Assembly: GCA_905178155.1 (NCBI GenBank)
Contig: CAJINV010000002.1
Coordinates: 967,809 to 1,031,808 of the forward strand
Length of the DNA stretch: 64,000 nt
Reading direction: 5' to 3'
Source: Amoebophrya sp. A120
Lineage: Eukaryota; Protista; Dinoflagellata
A program made the position numbers and the translations under genes. The notes under the pieces are model-generated. The model made no database searches. It worked only from the letters and a program-made list of their open reading frames with translations, and was not told the origin of the DNA. The number at the start of each line of letters is the position of its first letter. Positions within the stretch are counted from its first letter, which is position 1. Shown here piece by piece: positions 47,601 through 61,700 of this stretch.

Positions 47601-50600
47601 AATGCATGATTGCAATAGGAGTACGATACTTTTGCACAGGATACTTGCGTATCCGACCGTCGGCCGTTGTAGAGAGGCGAGCTGTTTCGAAGTAACTCCC
47701 GTTCATCGGATATCCAGTGCGAATATGTCTGGGTCTGGAAGAATGCATGTTTGTCATGCTTGTCTGGCATGAATCTTGAATCTGTCATGCACGTTACCCA
47801 AGAGCCCCACTTTTCTGTCATGCAGAAACGCAGTTTGTCATGCAGAATAGGCAACACCTAGAAGCTCGGAAACTTGTCATGCTGAGCCAGCATGGGTGGC
47901 CTCCTCATGGTACGCCACCCAGCATCACAAGTTTCCAGACCCAGACATATTTGCATTTCATATCCGACACCGTGTTTCGATTTCCGTACGCACCCGGTGC
48001 GTAGGCAGAGGCGTTGTAGTTTTGCTGGTGTTTCATGTTATTGCTTCCCGGGAGATTCTGGCTATTGCTGTAAAGAAACCCTGCTTCATCTGGAGAACTG
48101 CGGCAGTGCTCCTGGATAGACACCCGGCCTAAATTGTTGGAATTGCAACCATCTTCGGAGGGGGAGGGGAAGCAGCCAGCTCCTCCTTTTCCCCGGCGAT
48201 TATTATACTTGTATTCCCCGGTTGAGGCAGAAGAAATTCTGTTCGTTGACATGGAGCGAGCAAAGCCACTCTGGCTATGTTGCTCCGGAGAATCAGAATT
48301 CACCATGTGGGGGCGGCCTGCGGAGGTGCGGTTCCGAATCTTGTGGGTGTCCTGGTCGTGGTTTTTTACGTTTATAATTTGTTATGCGCGGTTACATTCA
48401 TCAGGCACACTTGTCATACATGCAAAGGACTTGGGCAACAACATTACATCAAAATTATACCAGCTCCGCTAAGTTGTTTGTCGACAGCGACCGGTTCCGC
48501 GTTCCCATGTTCAAGGAACCGCCGATCGTGGGGTTCTTCCTGACTTGCCCGCTGACGTTGTCAACATTTTTGGGTTGTTATGAACTGCAAAAGTATCGCA
48601 CTCGTATGAATGCATTACAAATTTCCTCAGCATGAGAGATAAAATTTGTAATGCGGATTTACCTTTAAAAAAAAATGTGTAATGCATGATTGCAATACGA
48701 ATACGATACTTTTGCACAGGATAGTTGTTCGGGAGCTGCCAAAGATTCCGTCAGGTTTGCCCCCATTCCCGGTCCAAACTGCCCTTGCGGCGATTTCGTT
48801 TTCTTTTTGTTCTCCATATCCGCGAGCAGTAACGGCTGTTTCATGGTATCAGCATTCGAAGAAGCTGCACCACCACTTTCTCCCGCGACTGGCGTGGCCT
48901 TCGTATTGGTTCTTGTGGTCTCCTTATCGACGACGTTTACCGGGGAGCTTTCCTTGCTGCTCACGTTGATATCCGAATCCACCGCTTGCAGAATCTCCAC
49001 GTCCGGTCCCTCGCCCCTTTTGCTGACCTCACTCAGAAACGACCCCACCGGCGGTTGTTGGTCGTTAACGCCCCCTGCTGTGCTCAGCATTTCCGATCCC
49101 ACGGACATTTTGCGGTAGTTCGTGACCCTGGAGCCGTCGATATCCTGCGCAAAAGTATCGCACTCGTAGTAATCGCATTCATGCATTACAAGTCTTTTTC
49201 TTAAGGTAAATCCGCATTACAAATTTTCTTTCTCATGCTGAGGAAGTTTGTATATGCATTTATACGAGTACGATACTTTTGCAGTTCATAGTCAACCGGG
49301 TTTGTGAGTTCAATAAGCTGTCCCGCCTCGTCCAAATTCTCCTTAATTTGCTTATTGATGTGATCCGGTATGTCAAACTTCCCGCTGCTCTTGCTCGTTT
49401 CTTTCGTCTTATTTGTTCCCTTGCTCATCGGCGGGGGTTGAAGATGCTGGGGATGATGATGTCTTCTGCTGTTATTATTTCCGGTAGTATAATTTTCCGG
49501 ACTTCTCTTCTGGTCACTCTTCACAGACTTCCTTCTACTCCTGCACACAGTGGAAGATGCTGTATCCACAGAAAAACCTAAAAAACCTCTTCCCCATCAA
49601 ATTATAGCATGACAAACGAAGGCTCTTCTTCGCATTTAGGCATGACAAATTGGATGAGAAAGGCATAGACAAAGAGCTGTTTTCAGCATTTTCTGGGGAT
49701 ACAATGCTGACCCGGTTTTCGATTTCGATTTATCCACTACTTTCGGCGTCATCGCGTGTCCCATGGGGTTCGTGGCGGAGCAGACGGACACGGAAACACG
49801 GTCATTGAACGCTTCCTCATTGTCTTCGTACTTTTTCTTCTTCTTGTATGGAAGCGTCAGGTTTGACATCGACAAAGTTGAAATAACTTGTAATGCATAA
49901 AACGCATGACGCAAGGCGCGTGTGTTGCAGAGCAGGCAAATGAGGCCCGTCTTTGCCTAAACATGAGAAAGTCGCCCGTCTTTGCCTAAACAGCATGACA
50001 AACTGGATTTAGGCACCACCGAAATTTGTCATGCACCGCTTTGAAATTGGGCTCCCAACTGGTATCGATTTTATGCATTACAAGTTATTTCAACCTTGTC
50101 GATTTCAATTCTGACACTCCCATATCTTGATGTTTTTTTTCTTCGCATAGTTGTACTGCTTCTTCCCCTATCAAATGCAAAAATGTCTGGGTCTGGAAGA
50201 TTGCCAGGTTTGTCATGCATATTTTGCATGACCCATGATGCCTGTAGTGCATGACTTAGCATCACAGTTTTTTGGAAGGCTTCCTGATGCCTATTCCGCA
50301 TGACAAATGCGGTCTCCGCGTAGCACAATCTGGACTCCTCTACTTGCTGGTCATGCAATGCAGATTTTTTTAGAATCCAAAAACAGCATGACAAGTTTGG
50401 ATCCTTCCAGACCCAGACATATTTGCAATGCATATCCCCCTCCTGGAGCCCGCGGAGCCGGTGCCGGGGGAGCAGCCCAAGTTATCCTGGTCGCTGTTAT
50501 TCGCGGTGGAAGTTGAATTGTGGTTCTTACTCGTTTCGTCCTCGTCGTGCTCGTCGTGCGAGTTGTAGTCGCAGTAATTATCGTTGTTCATATCATCGTC

Positions 50601-52222
50601 GGTGCTGTAGCCGGCTTATGCATTGCAAAACTATCGTACTTTGGTACGAATTGCATGACAAAGTTTTTCCATATTTATGAAAAGCCGTTTGTCATGCTGG
50701 ATTGCCCATGAAAAAGAGATCTGTAATGCATATGATCTGCAATTACAATATACGAGTACGATTTGCAAAGGCATACTGCTTCATCGTCGATGACCTCTAC
50801 GTCGATTTCTATTTCTTTCCCACTTTTCTTATGCATTGCAAAAGTATCGCAGCCTTAGTAACTGCTGTTATTTCCTAAGGTAAAACACCATTACAAATTT
50901 CATTTGTAATGCTGAGCTGATTTGTAATGCGCTTTATCCTACTACGATACTGTTGCAATGCATAGTTCTCGTCAAACACCATTTCTTTCACGATCTTGGT
51001 CCGTGGCGGTCTGTTGTGGTTCCGGTTTTGGTTGTTCCGGAGGGCTCGGTGCTGATTATGGCCACTAGAAGTTGGCTCTTCCTCCTCAGTGTCCTGATCG
51101 CCACTAGAGGGTTGCACGACCGTCGGTTTGATTTGCATGTACATGAAACACGCACCGCAGGCAAACGCCGCGCCCGCCATATTCAGCATCGGGTACGATA
51201 CCGTAGCCTTAGTTGCACCCAGGATCCCGAAAAAACCGGCGGACCATCCCACCAGCATGTTGCACACATTCCAAACGCAAAGACCAAGGGCCATGCCTGA
51301 TAGTCATAGATTTGTGGTTTTGTTCTTTCAGATCGTGTTGTGTGATTGGTTGTTCTTGTGCCGCGAAAGGGTGAAAGAAAAAAAACCTGTCATGCTGATC
51401 CTGATGCTGAAGAAAGATGCTCGGCTAAAGTAAACGTTCCCAAAAAGAAAATGTACCAATCCGGCTGATGATCGGGATTGCCATCAAGTTCCCCGCGCAC
51501 CAGGCCATGCCTCCGCCCATCGCGTAGTGCGGTTTCGGCACGGTGGGGAACCCGCTTAGAGCAAACAAGCACAAGCCCGTGCAGAAAATCCCGCAACACA
51601 TGGTCCACTGAAAGAAGATCCCATTCCCCGTGGGAAAACTCCGAGCCGGCACGAAGTTGCTGCCGAAAAAAATGCCCGCGAAGATGACCGCCAGAATACC
51701 AGCGGTTACGTCTTTCGAGGGTTCTGCTTCGGGTCCTATGCCATCTGCGGTCAAAAGCGGTAAGCAGTCCTGCCCGGCTTCACAAGAACCGTGTTGGCCA
51801 CTAGCGTCGCTCGGCAACTCCAGCCCATGTCCTCCGACGTGCGCATCCCCTGGGGCTCCACCAGTATTGAATAACGCGTCCAGAATGTTGTGTCCCTGCA
51901 ACGGCCAAGTTTGGACCAAACTGACCGCGGTTTTGGAATTGTCCAAATTCTGTTGGGAAGAAGAACCAGCGAACAAATCCTCATGGGTAGACGCAGTCGG
52001 GGCCATGAAAGAAGTCGATGTGGATGGTGTTGACATAATTTGTTTCATCTGGCTTTGGTCAACAACATCTGGTGCAGCAGCAGCTCCCACCTGAATGGCT
52101 TGCTGGGAGGTTGCGGTCGGATCAACATGATTTCCCGCTCGATCGCTGACTATAGTCGCGGAAGGAGATGACAAAACCGCGATGGCTGTCTCTGCCAGGG
52201 CTCGAGCTGTTGCACCTGCCAT
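44684..52222 (-). CDS. TMEM144: TMEM144-family (DMT superfamily) membrane transporter with a greatly expanded central loop
   Basis: IFFGSNFVPARSFPTGNGIFFQW; AMGGGMAWCAGN; IGMALGLCVW; SGLLYGVTFNP; ILPGFLSGVIWGLGQICWFIAN; VALIWGAAVFGEI; includes a canonical GT-AG intron at 51297-51456. Confidence 0.85.
45165..45423. mobile_element. Introner nested within an older intron
   Basis: IR tatg(a/g)cctgctcaaacgtta; TSD TAGTA. Confidence 0.85.
46106..46368. mobile_element. Introner
   Basis: IR, TSD tgcca/tacca. Confidence 0.85.
46423..46720. mobile_element. Introner
   Basis: IR tatggagccctcagg / cctgaggctttcata; TSD ggcga/agcga. Confidence 0.85.
46763..46994. mobile_element. Introner (CTCAAACGTTACA family)
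   Basis: IR, TSD TGGAA. Confidence 0.9.
47194..47425. mobile_element. Introner containing a short telomere-like CCCTAAA tract
   Basis: IR, TSD ATGTT; aaaccctaaaccctaaaccc near 47285-47304. Confidence 0.9.
47493..47643. mobile_element. Introner
   Basis: IR, TSD cttgt/cttgc. Confidence 0.85.
47711..47962. mobile_element. Introner (TCTGGGTCTGGAA family)
   Basis: IR, TSD tcgga/tccga. Confidence 0.85.
48579..48723. mobile_element. Introner
   Basis: IR, TSD GTTGT; close to 39282-39427. Confidence 0.9.
49141..49290. mobile_element. Introner
   Basis: IR, TSD gtcga/gtcaa. Confidence 0.85.
49563..49701. mobile_element. Degenerate introner
   Basis: tatccacagaaaa / ttttctggggata; TGCTG repeat offset by 3 bp on the right. 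Confidence 0.65.
49847..50124. mobile_element. Introner (TATGGGAGTGTCAG family)
   Basis: Long IR, TSD TCTTG. Confidence 0.9.
50169..50434. mobile_element. Introner (TCTGGGTCTGGAA family)
   Basis: IR, TSD TCCCC. Confidence 0.9.
50617..50775. mobile_element. Introner
   Basis: IR, TSD cggct/ctgct. Confidence 0.8.
50830..50964. mobile_element. Introner
   Basis: IR, TSD tttct/gttct. Confidence 0.8.
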
Positions 52223-52487
52223 GGCTAGAAAAAATCCGCGGTGAACGAGATTTTTCCGGTCCTTGTCTTCCGGAAAAAGCGGCGGTTGTTGGGTCTAGAC
52301 CTTCTGCCTCCACCAGCGGCCACGTTGTCGTGGCGATTGTTCAGTAGCTAGGTAAGTCGTTTTGATGTTCGCCTGTAAGAACAGGCGAAGACGAAAGAGA
52401 CGAAAGGGAAACAAGGAACCTGTCCGTCTCCCCTCTAGATCCCGCAAAACAGCTCGTGCTGCGGGGGTAGCTGTCTGTCGTCGAGGG

Positions 52488-52793
52488 TATGGGAGTGTCA
52501 GAATCGAAATTGACAAAATCAAAAAATTTGTGATGCACAGAATCGATGTCAGTTGGAGCCTCAGTTTTCAAGTGGCGCATGACAAATTTCGGGAGCACCG
52601 AAATCCAGTCTGTCATGCTGTTTGGGGAAAGAAGACCGCTCCTGTCATGCTACTCTGGCAGCACATTGCATACCCCTGAACAGGCATACAATCGGCCTCA
52701 TATGCCTGCTCCCCAATACAGGCCTTCAGTGCTCTACATTTTACGCATCGCAAGTTTTTCGATTTTGTCGATTTCGATCCTGACACATCCATA
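52488..52793. mobile_element. Introner (TATGGGAGTGTCAG family) upstream of the TMEM144 ATG
   Basis: IR, TSD GAGGG. Confidence 0.9.
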
Positions 52794-55786
52794 GAGGGCT
52801 GTAGTGACGTAACAAAGAGACGAAGGTGGTACTAGAAAGAGCAAAACCAAACCAAGAAAGCGAGTTAATACCGGTGTGTAGTTTGTTTCATTGAGAAAGG
52901 AAACAAGAGACAACAACTTCTCTTCGACAAACTAGTACAACAAGGTACGACCTTATGGGGTGAAATTCGTTGATGTCCTCAATATCATGTGTATTAGTGA
53001 TCCAAAAATCAACTACTAGATCGATTGCAGCGGCAAGTCAGATCGTCGAAACCAACGAGGAAAAACAGAGATGCGGCAGGTGTTAGAAAAATAAAAAGGT
53101 TGCGTCAGATCTTGAATCACAAATAAAGAAAACGATTTGTCATGGCCGGCAGAACATCCGAACATCGTCACATATTGAAAGCCGTCAAAAGCTCTCCCCG
53201 ACGTGTCGTCGAGCGGGAAGTACCACGGTGCTGTAGCACCACGACCACCACGACCTTCCTTGCAGATTTTCGTCCTTGTATTTTTCCAATTTTTTTGTTT
53301 TCAAATACATTCATGGTTATGATGTGCGGTCTTTGTGAGCATAAACTCGGTGATGTAGTGGTGGGCTGGAAAAGAAAGTAGAAAAACTACAGTGGTGATA
53401 CGCAGAAAGTGGATCATTCGTAGGCAAACGAATGGTCCACAAAAGGTGAGACGGAAAAAGTTTCGGCGCGGCGATACTGCTACGTAGCATAGGATGTGAA
53501 AAATTACTAGTTGTGGCATTATAGTGGCTTTTTACTGTAAAGTTGAAAGAAAGAAATTGTGAAAAAAATTTCCCAATAAGTCACAGAAAAACTTCCATAC
53601 CAGCTTCGACCAAGCAGAGCTCAAATTTACATAAATTTACAGCCTTTACTCCATGTATTTCATCAAAAAGCATTGCAGAGACGAGTAGAACAGCAGCAGC
53701 TCCAGGGGCCTGAGCTGCAGCCAAGAGAGGTTTTCGTAGTTCCTGGCGCACTGTCGGCTATTTTCCCTGGGAAAAAATAACGGGTGCAGCCCCGTCCTCT
53801 GGAAACGCGATTCGAATCTTTACAGCACCTTATTATTCTTTTCACTTGTAGTTCTTTTTATGCATATTTTTGAGCTAGTACTGTGGTCTTCACTAGAAAA
53901 AAAATCTACCAAGGTTGAGTAGAGTGGATTTAGAAAAAAAAAGCCAAATCTGTCATCCCGCACGACCGTTCTGCAACCTACTGTAGCACTGCCAACAGAG
54001 TCACTTTTGGATGCTGAGGTGCCCCAGTGCAGGCATGACAAGTTTGACTTTTCGTGTAAAAAAGGTGTCAGATTTTATTCGTAAAGTATTAGTAGTGGAA
54101 AGTGTCGCGGTCATAAGATCCTCATACTTGTTGGTTTTTCATCGTCGTCGAAAGAAACCCATTGCAGGACGAAAGTAGAGTTGCTGTGAAGAAGCAGCTT
54201 GCTCTGGTGCAAAAATTTTTGCATCGGAGCAAGTTCCTGATCCTGTGTCTGTGATAGTTGCAATTGCATAAATTCTTACGTCTGATGCTTTTGATACGTA
54301 GCTTGTGCTTGTTTCAATCTCCAATGAAACTACCCTAGTGATGAAAAAGAAATATGTTGACCCTGTTTTGCAGATTTGATGAAAATCTAGTTGAAACGTT
54401 GAATAATCATGATAGTCTGATACTGTTTCCCCATAAAGAAGTAACACTACGTACTGTGATAAGTTATATTTTCGATACCTCATACGGTCTAATAAGTACT
54501 TCCGTTGTAGAAGAAGATTTTTGCAATAGAAAAAAGTTCGAATCTATACGATAAATTTGCTATTTTCATACGGTTTTTTTTTTGTAATACGAAAAGAAAA
54601 TCGAAGAAATAAGGTGAAAAAAGAATAGTCTTTTGGAAGAATTTAGATAGAGTTTCTGGTTGATTGTTGTGCCTCCACGAAGAGTTGTGATAGTGTGCGT
54701 GACCACGCTGGGCATACCTGCAACACAGGAACGGGCGCCGGAGGTCCTTCGTGCTTCACGACCTGGCTCCCGCCTGTGATTGGAAATATGCAGCCAGCTT
54801 GTCTACGCGATTTGCTTGTTTTCTCGAAATGCGCTTGACGTTTATCCGTCGCTCCAAAATTATGTTGTAGAAGCAAGTCGTGGCTTGGTTAAAGTGAATA
54901 TTTTTGCAAGAGCCAGCACAGCTTGAGAATTATTGCACTGTAGAAGTAATCAGCTATGATCGTCCCTAATTGACTTGTTGTGTTTTGTTTTCCTGTTGCC
55001 TCCCCTATCTTCTGTTCCAATTGGTTCTTTGATGGTGTCGGTAGTTTTTTCTCGGTAGGTGACCTCGAGCCTCATCTTGATCGCGCATACGCAGCAGGTC
55101 GCCACGCATAGACGAGAAAATGAAACCCAAGCTGCACCCAACGTCCTGAAGGTCGTTTGCAAAAACGACAGTCGCAAAAACGGCTTCTAGATTTTCTGAC
55201 TCGTGGCTACTGCGTCTGTGTTGAACTAGATGATCTATCACCGCACGACGGCGCGCAGGTAAGTAGTTTCTACCTAGTACCTGCGTGACCACGCACTGAT
55301 CACGGAAGAAAGACCCTTCACGCGTTTTGATCGTGCTCCAATGCTGTATCTCACTTCTACTTACGACCTCTGCCAATTTTGAATTTGTTTTTTTACATTT
55401 TTTTTCTGCATATGACGCTGGAGCTGGTACTGTACCAAAGTGATTCTACTTATAGTGCCGTTTGTGAGATAGCCACCCCTACAAGCTTCTCACCTTCTTG
55501 CCACTCCCGCCCAAAAAAATCGGAGTAATTTTGCCGCTTTTCCAACTTTATTTAAGCTTCTGATTTCTCTGAGGTACAGATAACGATTGCGATGCTCGTC
55601 TTTTTTTGTTTGAATAAAACCCCTTCGTTTCGTTGTACTACTGTGTCGCTAAAAAAATGTATAGTAATGCCAGTGACTTTGATGATTTTTGCACATGATA
55701 CGATGTCGCCATGGAGGATAGGATTAGAAATTTGATTCCAGATATTATTTCTTGCGGTTGCCACCTGGCAAACTCGTCCGGTTGCT

Positions 55787-58700
55787 TTATTTGCTGGCTT
55801 TCCACTTTCCGCGGCGCTTGTCAACCAGGTCCATCAGCAAACAGCGGACGCGTTTTGGAACCTGATAGGTATTCTTAGTCATGTGAGTGTGTTTGTCATG
55901 CATGTTTTCATTAGGATACATAATTCTCCGCACCTGCCTACAACGCATAACAAATTCCAAATTAAAGTTTGCAACCAAATAAATCACAAGAAGAGTGTTG
56001 TTATCAATTAAATATACCGAGCTGTTGACATCGATTTTTCCCTTGAAAAAGTTCTGGAACAAATCGTCCATCCATGCTTTCTGACCCCGGTCATGGCAAT
56101 CAAAGTGCGGCCCAACGATGTCGATCAAGGTTATGAGGCACTCCAGGCAGATCGGCGTGTCTTCCTCTTGGAGCATTTGGGCGATCGAGGGAAGCAGGCG
56201 GGAAGCGAGGAGTTTGCAGTTTAGGAGTTTACCGATAAACCGCACGTTGCCCATCAGCTTCTTCTTGTACCTGAGAGTGATAGAAGTGTTCTTGATGTTC
56301 ATCATCTTGAATAATACTCGGAAACCAGCATGGCAAACCTAATTGAATATTGGCTACAGTTTTAGCATGACAACCTCTTCAATTCCCTGTAACCTGATCT
56401 ACTAGATCTGAAATAAGCAGTACTTGTGCTCTCGCTCGATAGCCTCGTCGTCCCTTACGTTCGCATCCAACACTCCCTTCGGTGGCTGCAAATTCGCCTC
56501 GAAGAACTCTTGAGTCCGAGAAAGCAAACAATGCCGAAAGCTGTTGTCTCCTTCGATACCTGTGTGGTTTTGAAATTTTTTCGCATGAAAAAAAAACGCA
56601 AGCGCAGATGGCAACGGTGACATTGAATGACATAACGAGACCGATCCAGTACAAGATTAGTATCGCACTCCCACTCGTACTAATCACAGTTGCGCATACC
56701 AAATCTTCTTCTTATACGTAAAAAAATCCGCATCACAAATTGGAATTGCATTTCTCCTGTACCGTAAGCCTTGTATTTCGACTGGTTCTCCGTGAAGTGC
56801 TGGCTCAACCGGTTGCACAGTTTCGTGTAGAGGTCGTCAAAGTGGTGCTGGTATCAAATCCAAAAATGTCTGCGTCTGGAAGATTGTGAGATTTGTCATG
56901 CTTGTCTGGTATGACTAAAAAGTTTGCGATGCGTGCCCAAGAAGACACCCTTTTGCCACCTGTCATGCGAAAACGCAGTTTGTCATGCGAAAAACGCAAC
57001 ACAAAGAAGCGCAGATATTTCTCGTCATGCTTGCCTGTGCAGCATTACAGAGCATTCACTATTCCCAACGAAGCATTACAAGTTTCGAGGCCCGGACATT
57101 TTTTGCAGTTGATAGCTGGGTGGTGACTTTCTCGAAAATCTCGCACTATCCTGTGTAAAAACGTCCCCACCCCAGAGTTGTGATGCAGATTTGCCATGAC
57201 AGGAACATTTGTGATGCGCAACCCCATGACAGGCATTTTCAATCGTGTTTGGGAACTTGTAATGCTGTAGACAGGATCAGAAGGTCGATTTGTGATGCGG
57301 CTTTCCTTGCTAACTTGCACTACCTTACGGACTGAAACTTGTCATGCGTGACTCCGAAAACTCCGTGGTTTGTGTTGCAAAATCCCCATCCTGACTCTGG
57401 TGTGGGTACGTTTTTACTCAGGATACGCACATCAGCGCGTTTACGTGGTCCGGGTGGGAGATGCCGACGTTCAGAATTTCTTCCAACATTTTCTCAAACG
57501 TACCCTCAGAGATCTTGTTCAAGATGGACTTGAACTTCCGGACGATTTCTGCATCAGCGGACGCGGAGAGTTCTGTTTTTGATGTGGGTCACAAGTTAGG
57601 TTGTACCAATGCATTTTATTTTTTCGCAAGCCTAAGCTCGACTTCTAGAGCTGCCACGAGAACTCAATAAACCAACAAATTTAGTGCATTTCTGTATACG
57701 TTTCTTCTGCTGCACGGCCCACGAGGATTCCGAAGAAACCAAAGCCTGCTTCCTCCACCCCTGGCGCGCTTCGCATTCCTGCGTCCCGAAGATCTTGGAT
57801 GACTCGCGATTGGCAAACCGCAGCATGAGGAAAAAACTGCGGCTGTACTTGCATTCAGTGACATTGGACAAAGGATCTAAATCCTCGGGCGCCGGAAGGC
57901 TACCGCAAGTGGACCTGATAGGTTGGATTGTGAATGGGAACAGTTTTTGCTTCTTGTTTTTACGTATTTATACTCAGGGCCAGGCGTAGAAGCTAGCGAG
58001 CAACATCATCGACGAAGCAGCATTACACCAAAATCCTATACCCTACTTACATCTTCTCAGTGAACCAAAAGATGAACCACGAACAACGATCCAAATAAAT
58101 AAGTACTGTGTCCCCAAGCCTCCTCCCTTCTTGTTCCCCACGGCGATTTTCGGATCGAAGGCTCCTCGCGGTGAGACCGCGATCCCGGGCGGGGGCGACA
58201 TGTCATCTAGGTCCAGCACCGGACAGCTATTTCCCGCGGCGGACGTCGCACTCGAGGGTACTAACGGCACCATGCAGGAGGAGGTTGTAGACATGACAGA
58301 CGCTTGGTGCTGCAGCAAGTTAGCCGTGCTGCTGCTGTTCTGACTACTCGTCGCGGTTAGCCCGGGCAGCGGCGGCAGTGGGGGCGCTTTGGATTGCGGC
58401 CCGGAGGCAACGGAGGAAGGTAAAACTTGGTTGTACTCCATCATGTCTTTCGGGACGTGGATGTTCGGAGTCGACATGTTGATCGGAATGGCCTTCCCGC
58501 CCGCCAGAGCAATCGTCCCCTGCTGCTGAGCGTTGCTATTTTGCTGTGGCGTGGTCGAGGTCAAGGGTTGATGCTGTTGACCATGACCAGTCGCATTCAT
58601 GACCACCGTTCCCTGCTGCAAATTAATCGTCTGCTGCACAGAGGCTCCTGCGCTTTGCGCGGACATGGTCTGTGGCAGAGATGGCGGGTTGCTGCTTACA

Positions 58701-61700
58701 GTCCCGGCAGCTCCACCTCCGGTAGAGGTTCGCGGCAAAGTGTTGTTCTGTGCGGCGCCGCTATCAAGCGCAGCCGGCAGCGTCGCCGGAATAGCAGGTG
58801 GCGTCTGCGCGACCGTCTTATTGTTTGCCGTTGTGCTTGCTGTGACTGCAGGTTGTCCTGGTTGAGCTGCACCCGCTCCTGCCGGCGCAGCTGCAATGCC
58901 GCCTGGCTGCAATCCCGCTGTGGGCGGCAATGCCGGCGTGGTTCGTGCAGTTGTCGTGCTCGAGGTAGCGGTTGCTTGCTGTAGCTGTTGTTGACCTGCG
59001 CCGTTGATTGATGCCGGCGTGCTGCTGCTTACTGGAGGCAGAGGGGGCGGCACGCCTGAAGTCTGCTGCTGCCCTTGCGCTCCTGGAACTGTCGCTGAGG
59101 TCGCGCTTGTAGGCACGACGGTGGCTGCGCCTGCTCCACCAGCGGCAGCCGCTCCCACGGCCGGCAGAGGCGGTGCGGGGGCGCTGACCTTGCTGACGGG
59201 GGGCGGAAGGCCTTGGGAGGTTTGTGGCTGCTGCTGTTGTCCCGGGACCTGGGGCAGCGGAGGTGGCGGTAAAGATGTTGTGGTGCTTGTACTCGTCGCA
59301 GGCTGCGCAGCTACGCCACCACCCCCTGCATTATTGGCGGCTAGCGGAGGCTGGAGCGAGTTGTTTGCCGCTACTCCAGTTTGGCTCGGCTGTTGTGTTC
59401 CTTGTGCTACTGCTGATCCTCCTTGTTGCGTAGTGGCTGCCAGTGACTGCGCATGCGGCAACATGTTGTTGGCACCAGACGCCGCAGCTCCAGTGGTGGT
59501 TTGCTGTTGCTGCTGCGCAGTCGTGGTGCCAGTGGCTGAAATCTGCTGGCTCAGACTTATTTGCGGTTGAGCTGCAATGCCGTTTTGATTTTGGTTTTGC
59601 TGCTGCTGGTTCAAGCTCTGCGCAGTCAACGCTTGCTGCAGTTGTAGGTTAAAGTTGGTCTGCTGTTGCGGCACACCCACCTGTTGAACTCCTGCGTTAT
59701 TAAACATCGGGCGCTGCTGATTAATATTTACGCCAGTTCCAGTTGCTCCCGCAACTACAGAAGTGGTCGACAGATTGGTCTGCGACCGGTCCATTTGATT
59801 CAAGTTTTGTTGGCTCAAGGTCTGCTGCTGACCGACCATTTGCTGCTGGCCAAAGGTATTATTCGGGTTATTGTTCTGCTGATTGAAATTGGTAAGCTGC
59901 TGCTGCTGCTGCGCTTGGTTAATATTCATCGCGTTACCCAAATTACCTTGCTGCTGCAACAGTTGCTGTTGTAACTGGTTCTGCAGCTGCATATTCCCCT
60001 GCATCAAATTGTTGTTGTGTACTCCACCCTGCTGGTTTTGCGTGTTCATCACGGCATTGCCCATCATCATGTTGTTTTGCTGCGGCTGGAAGCTCTGACC
60101 ATTAGCATTCATGAGCCCCTGCTGCTGCTGCTGTGCGTTGTTCATGTTTTGTACCCCAGCAGCTTGTAGCTGCCCCTGGTTGTTCATCAAGTTAGTATTC
60201 TGCTTGTTTTGCTGCTGCAATGCCGGCGGCTGCTGGCTCTGCGGGTTAAACTGAGCATACACCGGGCTCGTGGTGCCCGTCATGACGCGCGGCGCCGGTG
60301 TGGAAGTGTTGGTGTTGGAACCAAGATTCAAACTCAATTGACTTTGCTGTGCCGCGACACTACCGGTAGCCGCGTTAGTACCTCCGGAGCCAACGACAGT
60401 ACTGCCCTGCTGATTTGCAGTTCCTACAGTACCCACGACCGTCGAGGCCTGGCCTGCCGGGGTATTGTTTTGCATCTGCTGCTGCCCAACTCCAATGCTG
60501 GACGTCGTGTTGCTCATGTTTAGCCCGGGAACCACACCCTGTTGCGTCGACGGCCCAACAGCACTCTGCAGTTGCTGCTGATTGAAGTTCTGATTCATCG
60601 TTTGCTGCATCTGTTGTTGGGTGTTCATGGTGAGACTCTGCTGCTGCATCTGGGGCTGCTGCTGCTGTTGACCTTGAGATGTTGAACCCATCTGCTGCTG
60701 CCCAACATTTGTACTCAGACCACTCGCCAAGTTGCTTTGCGCATTCAGCATTTGCTGCTGAACTATTTGCTGCTGCTGGAGCTGCATTTGCGTCGGGTTC
60801 TGCTGCATAGTGGTCTGTTGCTGAAAAGTAGAGCTGTTCATAGTATTTGTTCCCTGCTGCTGCTGCGGCTGTTGGAACTGATTTTGGTGTTGATTCCCCG
60901 TCGTAGTTCCCATCAGATTACTGCCTCCGGCGCTCATGTTTACCGGCTTCCACTCCTGTGCGCTCGGGTTCAGCTGTTGCTGACCGGATGCAAAGGAGGC
61001 GGTTGAGTTTGTGTGCTGCATCATTTGCTGATTGTATTGCAAACCACCTTGGGTAGACGTGTTCTGTTGATTCATGTTCAGGTTCATCTGGCCCGTGTTC
61101 ATGTTTTGCTGCATGCTGTTCATGTTGTTCGCCATGTTGCCACCTTGTTGATGGCCCAGCATGTTGTTGCCACTCATCGACTGTTGGTCATTGCTATTGC
61201 CAAATTGCATATGACCACCCATATTGCTCCCCATCTGCTGGTGCGACGTCTGCTGTTGTCCGTACATGTTGCTCTGACTGTTGAAGCCCATGTTGCCCAT
61301 GTTGTTCTGTTGCTGATTCTGCATGTTGCTATACATGTTGCCCATGCCGCCCATACTGTTGTTCATCATGCCAGAACCCGTGTTATTCATCCCCATGTTG
61401 GAATTATTTGCCATGGCTCCAAACTGGTTTGTCCCACTGAGAGCACCTCCGCCGAACATGTTCGCGTTAGTCCCCTGCTGGCTTCCTTGCTGCATCATAC
61501 CGGATGTGTAAGACGCGGTGTGATTCAAGCTGGTGTTCTGATTCGCTCCTCCGACAGCTGAATTGTTCGCGGAAAAGTTGTAACTGTTCGCGCTGGTACT
61601 GTGCGTCAACACGTTCTGGCCCTCACGCAGCTTCTTGATCTTCTCGTCCTTTTGCGCCGCGTATGCAAGAAAAAAACTGTGTAAATGTAAGTCTCTTCGA

